Assembly: GCA_034677945.1 (NCBI GenBank)
Contig: JAXDCN010000069.1
Coordinates: 4,387 to 68,386, forward strand
Source of the DNA: Candidatus Saccharimonadales bacterium
GTDB taxonomy: Bacteria; Patescibacteriota; Saccharimonadia; Saccharimonadales; Saccharimonadaceae
DNA: 64,000 nucleotides
Direction of reading: 5' to 3'
Of the stretch, positions 7,390-16,212 are shown piece by piece; within the stretch, counting starts at the first letter, position 1, and the number at the start of each line of letters is the position of its first letter. The notes beneath the pieces were generated by a model, which worked only from the letters and a program-made list of their open reading frames with translations, ran no database searches and had not been told where the DNA came from. The position numbers and the translations under genes are program-made.

Positions 7390-9612
7390 ATGACTAAATG
7401 GTGGCAGAAAATCAGTACGAAATATCCTTGGCGGGTTCTGGCGGCCGCTTTTGTCGTGTTTATCGGTCTAAGTTGGTATGCCGTTGGTTTATTCGGCAAC
7501 CTCAGCAGCAGTTCGGCCGGCATATTAAAGGTAACTAGCGCGAGTATCGCGCAGGACAAACTGGAAAAAAATTTCGGCGTGTCGCCGTCCAGTCAGGTTT
7601 TGCTATTTGAACGCAAAGATGCGGGGTTGGGCGAGGCGAGCAGTCCTGCGTATCAGGCAGAAGTCGCGCGTATGTTAGCGCCACTATCAGGCAAAACCAC
7701 TTCCATAACGACATACGCAACGACCGGTTCGGATGCATTTATTTCTCGCGACAATACCGCGACTTATGCGGCTATCGCGACCAGCGGTTCGAGCGAAGAC
7801 ATATACAAGATGTTGACGGACTTTGCCGACAAGGCCGATCAAACGAAATTAAAAATATCAATCGGCGGTGAAGCGGCCAGCATGCAACAGACTGTCAAAA
7901 CTGCCGAAAGCGAACTGATTCGCACCGAGCTATTTACCTTGCCGATACTGTTGATTCTGTTAATTATCTTTTTCCGAAGCGGCGTGGCGGCGTTGGTACC
8001 CATCGGTATTAGTATTTTAACGATAATCGGGGCTTTTGCGATTGCAAATTTTGCGTCGCGCTTTTTAGCGATTGACAGTTACGCGGTAAATGTCATTACG
8101 ATTTTGGGCGTCGGGTTGTCCATTGATTATGCCTTACTGTCGGTCATGCGTTTTCGCGAAGAGTTGGCAAAACGCGATGTCGAACATGCCGTCAGAACGA
8201 TTATCAAGACTTCGGGCCACACCATAATTTTCAGCGGCGTTACAGTTATTGCTTGTCTGTTGTCGCTGTTGGTATTCCCAATAGAGATGATGCGTAATAT
8301 TGCCATCGGCGGTGCGGCCGCGGTGATTATGGGTATTATGGTTACAATCGTGATTTTACCGTCGGTGCTGCAGATTGTCGGCAAGAATATCGATAAATTG
8401 CATCTGCCATTCTGGCGAGAATCTCATAAAAACCCCGGCAAAACCTTTTGGGCGCGGGTCGCGAATTTAACTACATCACACCCGATATGGACTTTGGTTG
8501 GCGGAATCGCGGTCGTTGCGATTGCTTTGTTGCCGCTTGGCAGTTTTTCGCCAGGACCGATGGATAGCAAATGGTTGGCGCGTGATTCATCGTCGCATTA
8601 CGTCAGCCAGTTTATGAATGATCGTTTCGACATCCCGTCTTCGGCAGTGACTGTTTTGGTGACATTGCCAAATAGTATTACTACCGCCGAACGTCTGAAT
8701 GTCTCGTGTGATATGACCGAAAGATTGGGCGTGATTGGCGGCGTAAAAACCGTCATTTCGGCGACGCCGGTTTCTAGCAGCCTGTCGTGCGACCAGATAA
8801 AATACTTGGCGACTATGAATATACTGCCGCCGCAATTGCATGGATTGATGAAAACCAACATGCGTGCCAATGCATTGAAACTCGATATCATAATCAAGGA
8901 TGAGGTAGGATCGAAGGCCGCTAGCCGGATTTTAAATGAAGTTCGGTCAGTAAAACCGCTAAGCGGCGAAGTGTATGTAGGCGGCAGTTTGGCGACCTAT
9001 GAAGATAATAACAGATTGTACTTCGAGGCGATTCCGTGGTCGGCGGCCATTATTGTCATCAGTATGCTATTGCTGTTATCAGTGTCGCTGAGATCGATTA
9101 TCTTGCCAATTCAGGCTGTCGTCATCAATTCCGTCGCGCTGGCAATTTCGATAGCCGCGATAGTCGGGGTTTTTCAATTGGGTTGGTTTGGCGATATCAC
9201 CGGTTGGCAGACGGTTAGCGGGATAACTTTGGCTGCAATGATTTTGGTCATATCGATCGCATTCGGTCTGGCGATGGATTACTCGGTATTTTTGTATAGC
9301 CGTATGCGCGAAGTACATAAGCTGACCGAAGACCCAAAACATGCTATTCGTCAAGGTGTTATCAAGACCGGACCGATAATTACGGCCGCTGCATTGGCAC
9401 TATTTTTCGTAGTTGCCGCGTTTTCGGGTTCAAGCATTTTATTCATGCAAATTATCGGGCTAGGGCTAGCCGTTGCAGTGCTAGTCGACGCGTTTTTTGT
9501 CCGCTTGATATTAGTGCCGTCAATCATGGCACTGATGGGCAAATTCAGCTGGTATTCGCCGAGATGGTTAAACCGGCGTCAGGTAAAAAGAAAAGCCCAC
9601 CGACAGCGGTAG
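7390..9612 (+). CDS. MMPL-family (RND superfamily) membrane transporter
   Basis: 740 aa with two repeated halves. Each half has a large extracytoplasmic loop followed by a 5-TM bundle (DYALLSVMRFREE and MDYSVFLYSRMRE). Confidence 0.8.
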   Translation: MTKWWQKISTKYPWRVLAAAFVVFIGLSWYAVGLFGNLSSSSAGILKVTSASIAQDKLEKNFGVSPSSQVLLFERKDAGLGEASSPAYQAEVARMLAPLSGKTTSITTYATTGSDAFISRDNTATYAAIATSGSSEDIYKMLTDFADKADQTKLKISIGGEAASMQQTVKTAESELIRTELFTLPILLILLIIFFRSGVAALVPIGISILTIIGAFAIANFASRFLAIDSYAVNVITILGVGLSIDYALLSVMRFREELAKRDVEHAVRTIIKTSGHTIIFSGVTVIACLLSLLVFPIEMMRNIAIGGAAAVIMGIMVTIVILPSVLQIVGKNIDKLHLPFWRESHKNPGKTFWARVANLTTSHPIWTLVGGIAVVAIALLPLGSFSPGPMDSKWLARDSSSHYVSQFMNDRFDIPSSAVTVLVTLPNSITTAERLNVSCDMTERLGVIGGVKTVISATPVSSSLSCDQIKYLATMNILPPQLHGLMKTNMRANALKLDIIIKDEVGSKAASRILNEVRSVKPLSGEVYVGGSLATYEDNNRLYFEAIPWSAAIIVISMLLLLSVSLRSIILPIQAVVINSVALAISIAAIVGVFQLGWFGDITGWQTVSGITLAAMILVISIAFGLAMDYSVFLYSRMREVHKLTEDPKHAIRQGVIKTGPIITAAALALFFVVAAFSGSSILFMQIIGLGLAVAVLVDAFFVRLILVPSIMALMGKFSWYSPRWLNRRQVKRKAHRQR

Positions 9613-9627
9613 GCTTAGCGAGAGGAG

Positions 9628-9798
9628 CTATTTTTTTGCACTTTCTATGCCGCATTTCACTGCGGCGCATATTGATAATATAGCCATGAAACCAGCGCAT
9701 GCGAATAGCAAGGCTGTGCCTTTGCTGAGCCCTATAGACACAAAGCCTAAGTATAGCTCAGCACTAAATACAAGCATTGCAAGGTACATGTGCACCAT
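9628..9798 (-). CDS. Possible 56-aa two-helix membrane peptide (not in the track)
   Basis: My own translation is MVHMYLAMLVFSAELYLGFVSIGLSKGTALLFACAGFMAILSICAAVKCGIESAKK. AAAGGGG lies 9 nt upstream of the ATG. It sits in an otherwise empty 318-nt gap. Confidence 0.3.
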   Translation of the reverse strand: MVHMYLAMLVFSAELYLGFVSIGLSKGTALLFACAGFMAILSICAAVKCGIESAKK

Positions 9799-9930
9799 AC
9801 AATCTAACCCCTTTCACAAAATGTATCCCAAAGGATATGTGTATTATAGCATAAAATATAAAAAACAGCAATAACGATTGATTATCTTAATAATACTATT
9901 AACTTTGATACATCGATAGCGCGAAAATAT

Positions 9931-10599
9931 TTACCTTACGCTAATTTCTTTGAAAAAATATTTTCCGGGTTCGGTATGTTCGATTATTTCCATTGCGCCG
10001 GGAACAATTTTTACGCTATTAAAGTCTTTTTTCTTGACCCATAGCGATGAATCGTTGACCGTAAATTTCTTGTCGCAAGTTGCCGAAAAGGAATGGACTA
10101 ATAGGTCAGAAATTAATACGTCGTCTTTGAATATCTTGAGATACATATCGCCGATATGGTCCAGCTGTTTGTATTTGACGCCGGTTTTTTCATAAAGTTC
10201 GCGTCTGGCGGATTCGATAATACTGCCATCTTCGGAGTGTATCTTTCCAAGCGGAAGACCGTAATAATTGATATAGGGTTGTTTTGAACGTCTTGTCAAT
10301 AATATACTACCATCAATATATTTGAGTAAAACTGACGCGGTAATCTTTGGCTGTACCCTTATCTTCATACTGCTACCGCTGGCGTATTCGACATATTGCA
10401 AACCCTTGTGGCTTAGAGTATAGCCAGCCTCTGTTTTTGTAATGAATCCAAATGAAATAAGTTTGTTAAGGTGGTACGAATACAAATTACTGTCAGTATT
10501 TTTTGGACGCATTTGGCTAAACTTTGCGAATTCTTGGAAATTCAATACCTGCAGGATATGTTTTTGTACGTGATGGTCGATAATATTCTGCTCAAACAT
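9931..10599 (-). CDS. Nudix hydrolase with an N-terminal winged-helix-like domain
   Basis: The Nudix box is GKIHSEDGSIIESARRELYEKTGV. The first 70 aa or so resemble a wHTH (LYSYHLNKLISFGFITK). Confidence 0.7.
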   Translation of the reverse strand: MFEQNIIDHHVQKHILQVLNFQEFAKFSQMRPKNTDSNLYSYHLNKLISFGFITKTEAGYTLSHKGLQYVEYASGSSMKIRVQPKITASVLLKYIDGSILLTRRSKQPYINYYGLPLGKIHSEDGSIIESARRELYEKTGVKYKQLDHIGDMYLKIFKDDVLISDLLVHSFSATCDKKFTVNDSSLWVKKKDFNSVKIVPGAMEIIEHTEPGKYFFKEISVR

Positions 10600-10678
10600 A
10601 TTTGACTCAAAAACTACTTTCTATTCAGATATTTTAACACCTACTATCATTAAATCGCAAAGTAATGAAAGGGTATGT

Positions 10679-11269
10679 ATGGAAATATTACGTTTCACGC
10701 CAACTGAGCAACTAATCCAACAGGTTCGCAGTACAACCATGTTGACAGATAAGTCTGCCCGCCCATATGAAAATGCAACTATTCGTTACGAGGAGATGCC
10801 GCTTGAGGAAATGCAACCCACGCAACTTTATATATTAAGGAACCATTTAGAAATCCAAAACAATATCAGGAATGAATTGATAGAAAAAGGGCACGACAGT
10901 CTGCGATTATATGGCAGTGTGGTTTTAAAAAATGCCGAAGTAACCGTAGGAATGATGCCCCCAGTGGTCGAAGACGACGAAGAATACGGGCCGTGTTTGC
11001 TTGACGGTACGCATAGGGCTTATCTAGCCAAGCAATTGGGTATGAGAACATTAGGCGTGTTGCGCATATCGGGTGTTCCAAAAGACATGCCGATGATCGC
11101 ATACCCTAACGGTTGGGAAGAGTTGGTAGAGTATTACTCGATTCCGGACGACAAAAGTAAAAAGAAGTATTATCGAAATTTACCAAAGAATAAATACGAA
11201 TACTACCGTGATTTTTCACATGTTACTGGCATCGGCAAAGACCCTAGGTCGGAAATGGCTGTAAAATGA
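10679..11269 (+). CDS. ParB/sulfiredoxin-like N-terminal domain protein
   Basis: MQPTQLYIL and LLDGTHRAYLAKQLG (DGxHR) blocks. The SD AAAGGG sits 5 nt before the ATG. Confidence 0.6.
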   Translation: MEILRFTPTEQLIQQVRSTTMLTDKSARPYENATIRYEEMPLEEMQPTQLYILRNHLEIQNNIRNELIEKGHDSLRLYGSVVLKNAEVTVGMMPPVVEDDEEYGPCLLDGTHRAYLAKQLGMRTLGVLRISGVPKDMPMIAYPNGWEELVEYYSIPDDKSKKKYYRNLPKNKYEYYRDFSHVTGIGKDPRSEMAVK

Positions 11270-11766
11270 AAAAAAGAATATTATATGTGGACATGGACGG
11301 GGTTTTGGCCGATTTTGAAAGCGGTGTAGAGCAATTGTCCGAAAGTAAAAAGCGCAAATATATCGGCCGATATGACGAAGTGCCAGGGATTTTTAAACTG
11401 ATGACGCCGATACCAGGCGCGATTGATGCTGTCACTCGGCTTTCAGATAAGTATGACGTATATGTATTATCTACGGCTCCATGGAATAATCCGGGGGCCT
11501 GGAGCGACAAAATTGTTTGGGTTAAACAGTATTTCGGAGAAGGCGAGGACAGTATGCTGTATAAAAAAGTGATTTTTACTCATCACAAACATCTGAATGT
11601 TGGCAGTATATTGGTTGACGACAGATTAAAAAATGGCGCGGATAAGTTTGATGGCGAATTGATTTTGTTCGGTTCGGATAATTTTCCGGATTGGGATGTG
11701 GTTGCTGGATATTTATTGGGTAAATTTTGTCAAAAAAATAGCCGCTGGATTGAGCCCAGCGACTGA
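11266..11766 (+). CDS. 5'(3')-deoxyribonucleotidase (HAD superfamily, NT5C-like)
   Basis: The N-terminal block is ILYVDMDGVLADF (DxDGV). Size and remaining blocks (LSTAPW, VDDR) fit the family. It has an ATGA overlap with the upstream gene. Confidence 0.7.
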   Translation: MKKRILYVDMDGVLADFESGVEQLSESKKRKYIGRYDEVPGIFKLMTPIPGAIDAVTRLSDKYDVYVLSTAPWNNPGAWSDKIVWVKQYFGEGEDSMLYKKVIFTHHKHLNVGSILVDDRLKNGADKFDGELILFGSDNFPDWDVVAGYLLGKFCQKNSRWIEPSD

Positions 11767-11812
11767 TGGTGAAATTTTTGGGAGTGTGACGAATATTATA
11801 TTGTCTTATGAA

Positions 11813-12247
11813 TTACTTTGGAAGTACGATTAGACGAGGTTCATTAAAGGCAAATATTGTCGATAACCTTTCATAGTCTTCGTTCCTTGGTATGACAAAG
11901 ATATCAGGGGCTCGGCCGAAGATATAGGTTCTAACACCGACCACTTTGCCAACAAAACCCGTTAGTTTGTCTTTGATTAAACACCCAAGCTCTGTCTTTG
12001 GTCTGGTTATCTGAGTGTTTATGTGAGTTTTCCTGACGAATTGAATTTGTTCCAAGTGGAAGCTTTCGATATCATCGATGTCGATGAAAATGCCAGGTAT
12101 CAATGGTTCCAATGAATACCAGTGCTTGCCGTCAATGTAGTCAGTTTTTGCGACCACAAGGCCCTCGAAGCCCGTGACACTATCTTTGCCGATAAAACCC
12201 AGTAAATCTTCAGTATTATTCTCAGCCAAATTAATCAACTCCTTCAA
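11813..12247 (-). CDS. Hypothetical protein with an internal duplication
   Basis: Two related modules are present: GKDSVTGFEGLVVAKTDYIDG and IKDKLTGFVGKVVGVRTYIFG. There is no in-frame ATG, so the start must be TTG (12247, or a TTG 18 nt downstream that follows GAAGGAG). Confidence 0.5.
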   Translation of the reverse strand: MKELINLAENNTEDLLGFIGKDSVTGFEGLVVAKTDYIDGKHWYSLEPLIPGIFIDIDDIESFHLEQIQFVRKTHINTQITRPKTELGCLIKDKLTGFVGKVVGVRTYIFGRAPDIFVIPRNEDYERLSTIFAFNEPRLIVLPK

Positions 12248-12370
12248 ATTTTTTGAGGTTTATAACCTCAGGTGCGATACTGCATTCCTTGCAATATATG
12301 AGGGATTCGGTTACCCGAAACTAATAATATATTAACACAACATCAGTGTTTAGTCAAATTGGTATAAGTG

Positions 12371-14170
12371 TTAAATATTTTTTGAAAAGCACAGGTTTAG
12401 GTAATCTTTGATCATGCGGGAACCGCAAATGATGGGCAGATAGGCTTCGAGTTGTTTAATGACTTGTTTTTGCAGGTGCTTGTCGTCCGAAATGATACAG
12501 CAGGCTTCGGCGATGCGCCGATGAAGCATGTTGGCTTCTTGTTCGTATGTGCTGCCGGTTACGTCCAGATAAACCGGCGGGTTGACATCGGCTACGCCGC
12601 CATCGATTGTCGAGATCAATAATTTGCAGTTGGCGATGTCCTTCATCCAAGACGTGCCGCAAGCCTCGAGCCCGACGATCGGGACGTTAATAGCGCAATC
12701 ACCGCCGATAGCTAACGCTTGGCTGACTTCTTCGTCGTAATTCTGAATGTAATGAATCCGTTCTTTTAGAACCTGGTTTTTGTCGACCATTTCAAGGATG
12801 TGGCGTAAATCGTCAACCATCGTGACGTCGCCGGAGTGCGGTTTGCCGGAAATAATAATGTGGGCGTCGTGAATTTGAACGATTTGAGTTAGTCGTTCCG
12901 GTTCAAAGAATATCATTTTAGCGCGTTTATAGCTGACAAGTCGGCGCTTGATGTCGATGACTTTGACGCCATCGGGGACAAATACGGGGTTGCCGTACTG
13001 ATCTTGGCGGTGAGACAGGATATCGTTCATGAATTTGCGCGAATTCGTTTTGATTTCACGTATCATTGCTGGAGTCAATTTTTCGAGCGCTTCAATGTAG
13101 TTTTCGGTCGGCAAGCCGAACTCGTCCAATGCACCGATTTCATGGTACTTTTTGATAAATTCGGGTGATATCCAGTGGTCCGAGATACCGTTAGTTACGG
13201 CTTTGAACTCGACCGGTCTGCCGGCGCGGTCTAAGTAATTTTGGCTGGAAATTTTGGAATGTAAAATACTGACGCCGTTTTTGTTGGCGGCAATTTCAAT
13301 CGCAATGGTGCTGAGTTTAACTTTGCCGTCCTGATTAAATATACTGCTGAGCCAATCGACTACTGACTGGTTTATGATGTTCGGGAAAACGAAGTGTTCG
13401 AATTGCCCAAGGCAAAATTCGCCTTCGGCGGCCGGCAACAAAGTATGGTTTGTGTATAGCGCAAGCGCTCTGACTTCTTCGAGAGCAGCGTCAAAACCTT
13501 TGCCTTGGCTGACAAAGTCGTCCAGCATTGAAATCGCGGCGAATACCGTCGGCGCCTCGTTCATTTGCATCAATGACGGGTTAAGCCCGGCTTTTTTAAT
13601 GACTTTATAACCGCCAAAACCGGTAATGATTTCGTGATACAAGCGATGGTCGCTGCCTGATTCGCCCGAGTAAAGCGCACCGACATTCGGATCATAAAGA
13701 GTTACGATTTTCATCGAACCGCGGCGTTTGGCATGGACCTCCAAGTGAACGCAACTATCAACTTTGGTGCATATCTGGACGGTGCCCAGATTTTGATAAC
13801 CGAAGTTATACGGTGAAATAGGTTCAAAACTTTCGCAATTGCCAAAATCAAACAGTGCTTGGTGAATTTTTTCTGAATAAAACGGTGTAATTACGATTAG
13901 CGGTAAACCGATTTTTTCGGCTACCCGAGTCATATCGCCAGCCAGTACGCCGAGTCCGCCGCCGCCCTGGATGCCAAATTCTTTTTCGCGGTATATCTCT
14001 TGAGAAAAATAAGCCCACGGCTTTCGATCGTCCATTTTGGATGCAATGTCATCGCGGTCGATTCTGCTAAGGAATGCTGAAAATTCCAGGGGTTGTGCGC
14101 CTAGTTCATCAGGCAAAGAACCAAGATAATCATCAAGGGCCTGTTGGTTAGATTCGATATTCTCAGACAT
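12371..14170 (-). CDS. glgP: Alpha-glucan (glycogen/maltodextrin) phosphorylase, GT35 family
   Basis: GGGGLGVLAGD near the N-terminus and EACGTSWMK (the PLP-lysine block) near the C-terminus. Confidence 0.75.
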   Translation of the reverse strand: MSENIESNQQALDDYLGSLPDELGAQPLEFSAFLSRIDRDDIASKMDDRKPWAYFSQEIYREKEFGIQGGGGLGVLAGDMTRVAEKIGLPLIVITPFYSEKIHQALFDFGNCESFEPISPYNFGYQNLGTVQICTKVDSCVHLEVHAKRRGSMKIVTLYDPNVGALYSGESGSDHRLYHEIITGFGGYKVIKKAGLNPSLMQMNEAPTVFAAISMLDDFVSQGKGFDAALEEVRALALYTNHTLLPAAEGEFCLGQFEHFVFPNIINQSVVDWLSSIFNQDGKVKLSTIAIEIAANKNGVSILHSKISSQNYLDRAGRPVEFKAVTNGISDHWISPEFIKKYHEIGALDEFGLPTENYIEALEKLTPAMIREIKTNSRKFMNDILSHRQDQYGNPVFVPDGVKVIDIKRRLVSYKRAKMIFFEPERLTQIVQIHDAHIIISGKPHSGDVTMVDDLRHILEMVDKNQVLKERIHYIQNYDEEVSQALAIGGDCAINVPIVGLEACGTSWMKDIANCKLLISTIDGGVADVNPPVYLDVTGSTYEQEANMLHRRIAEACCIISDDKHLQKQVIKQLEAYLPIICGSRMIKDYLNLCFSKNI

Positions 14171-14250
14171 TTTCGTTTTTTATTTTTAATAAATATCAGT
14201 ATTATTGTATCAATTTTAATACGGTTATGTCTATGGCGGAATGCTTAATC

Positions 14251-15204
14251 TTAGATGTGAATGAAGAATACGGGAGTATCAAGATTAGCTAGGCGGCTGG
14301 CGACGGCCATATGCTTGGCAAGATTGGCGATCAAGGCTTGTTTTTTGCCGTCTTCGCCTCTGTTGCCTGACAGTGCGGCTGCGTCATTAATCGAAGCGTC
14401 GATGTTGACGACGAAAGCGTCGCCGAGTCCGTTGTTATGTAATTTGGTTTTAGAAATAGTGTTCGTTCCGTCGCGGCTAAGAAGCAAGATTATCGATGAC
14501 TCTTTGTGCCCATGGAATTTATCATGATCGGTTTTTAATTCCTCGATATTCTCGATGCCGAGCTGTTTGACTGCTTCGACCTGTTCGTCGCCGTTCCAGC
14601 CGTTATTTTTTAGCCAACCCGCAGTTTTAAATGCTTGCCGGCGGACTTCTTGGCCCAATACTTCATCATATTCCAGACCGCTAGCTTGACTCATAGCCGG
14701 TATGTTCATTACCGCTTTGACAGTATTAATTACGGCAGGAATATTGGCGATAGCATAATTATCGTCAATCGCGCCGTTCGCTCCGCCGCAACCGCCCGAG
14801 TGTGCCGACGGATTAATGCCGGTAAGCTCGGTCATTTTGCCATTGATTACATTTACGGCATTTTCGAGGCCGTCACTTAAATCGTGACTGTCTAGTAGTG
14901 ATGATTCGGCGTTCATGGCCGTCTCTAGCCATAGTAGCGTGCCGCCGACCTGACGGCGTTTATTGTTGGCAGCCGATCCGTCGCCATTTGTCAAACAGTC
15001 GCGACCGTCAATGCAAGCGTAGTGTTTGAAGTCGTCTACGTTATCGATAGCCTGCAGTATTTTTTCGCCGTAATCGGTAAGTTGGGTATCAGAAGCGGTT
15101 GCGAGCTCGCTTGGAATACCCTGGGGATTACCTAATCCAAAATCCCTTAGTCGACCAAGAAAAGTTATTTGCGGTAGTTTTTCGTCAACAGGCAATACAG
15201 CCAT
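14251..15204 (-). CDS. Hypothetical protein with CxDxR and H-x3-CGG motifs
   Basis: The 317-aa ORF contains CIDGRD and, about 70 aa later, AHSGGCGGANG. I do not recognise a family. Confidence 0.6.
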   Translation of the reverse strand: MAVLPVDEKLPQITFLGRLRDFGLGNPQGIPSELATASDTQLTDYGEKILQAIDNVDDFKHYACIDGRDCLTNGDGSAANNKRRQVGGTLLWLETAMNAESSLLDSHDLSDGLENAVNVINGKMTELTGINPSAHSGGCGGANGAIDDNYAIANIPAVINTVKAVMNIPAMSQASGLEYDEVLGQEVRRQAFKTAGWLKNNGWNGDEQVEAVKQLGIENIEELKTDHDKFHGHKESSIILLLSRDGTNTISKTKLHNNGLGDAFVVNIDASINDAAALSGNRGEDGKKQALIANLAKHMAVASRLANLDTPVFFIHI

Positions 15205-15288
15205 AGTTTTTCTCCGTGTATTTGTTACTTAAATGTTTAAATACCTCTTTACATTATATAATGGATAACAGAAGGGTGTATATACAGA

Positions 15289-16212
15289 ATGGGATATATT
15301 TACGACAAAGCATATTTTGACGACAGGGTTGGATCGATTGACGAGGCAAAATTAAGTATCGCTTCATCAGCGGTTCTTTACGGCCTGAGCGTTTATACGG
15401 TTCTGCCAGTCCACGTAGCTAAAAATGGCGACAGATTAGCATTTCGGTTGGACGATCATTACCAAAGGCTGATAAATTCGGCGCATGTCATCGGTATCGA
15501 TACGTTTCGCGACAAATGGCCGAAAAAACGTTTTTATCAGGCCATATCGGAAGTAATCAAGGCTAACAAGATAAGCGAAGATGTTTTCGTCCGGGCGACC
15601 GTGCATGTCAATGAATTGATTCCGGGATCGCGTTCGCGCGGCCTGAAAACGATTCTAAGTATCTTTGTATACAAAGCCGCCCCGATATTACCGTCTAACG
15701 GTGCGCGCCTGAAAACCAGCGTTTGGCGCAGAGTATCGGATAACGTTATCCCGCCGCGAGCCAAAGTCAACGGCGCCTACGTCAATTCAGTGCTGGCTAA
15801 ACAGGACGCCATCGATAGCGGGTATGACGACTGCATATTATTGGACGCCGACGGTCATGTCTGCGAGCTTAGTGCGGCCAATCTGTTTTTGGTGCGCAAT
15901 AACGTGCTGATAACTCCAGGCGAAGCCAATGATTTACTGGAAGGGATAAACCGCAATACGGTCATTAAAATTGCCAAAGATTTGGGTATTGAGGTCAAGG
16001 AAAGAAGCGTCGATTTGACCGAACTGTATATTGCCGACGAGGTGTTTGCCTGCGGTACTTCGGCTTATATTTCTTCGGTTTCGGAAGTCGATGCCCGCAA
16101 GATTGGCAACGCCAAAGTCGGCCCGATAACGGATGAGATTCGCAAAAAATATCTGCAGGTTCTGCGCGGCGAAGATAAAAAATATGCCGAATTTATTACG
16201 GTTATAGAATAA
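15289..16212 (+). CDS. Class IV aminotransferase (branched-chain or D-amino-acid)
   Basis: Fold-type IV blocks are present: YGLSVYT, ELSAANLFLV and GINRNTVI. Specificity cannot be resolved by eye. Confidence 0.75.
   Translation: MGYIYDKAYFDDRVGSIDEAKLSIASSAVLYGLSVYTVLPVHVAKNGDRLAFRLDDHYQRLINSAHVIGIDTFRDKWPKKRFYQAISEVIKANKISEDVFVRATVHVNELIPGSRSRGLKTILSIFVYKAAPILPSNGARLKTSVWRRVSDNVIPPRAKVNGAYVNSVLAKQDAIDSGYDDCILLDADGHVCELSAANLFLVRNNVLITPGEANDLLEGINRNTVIKIAKDLGIEVKERSVDLTELYIADEVFACGTSAYISSVSEVDARKIGNAKVGPITDEIRKKYLQVLRGEDKKYAEFITVIE

Noticed and set aside
9647-9874. 75-aa plus-strand ORF in the MMPL/Nudix gap.
   Set aside because: It has no ribosome-binding site and atypical composition. It is antisense to a better-supported, SD-preceded hydrophobic small ORF.
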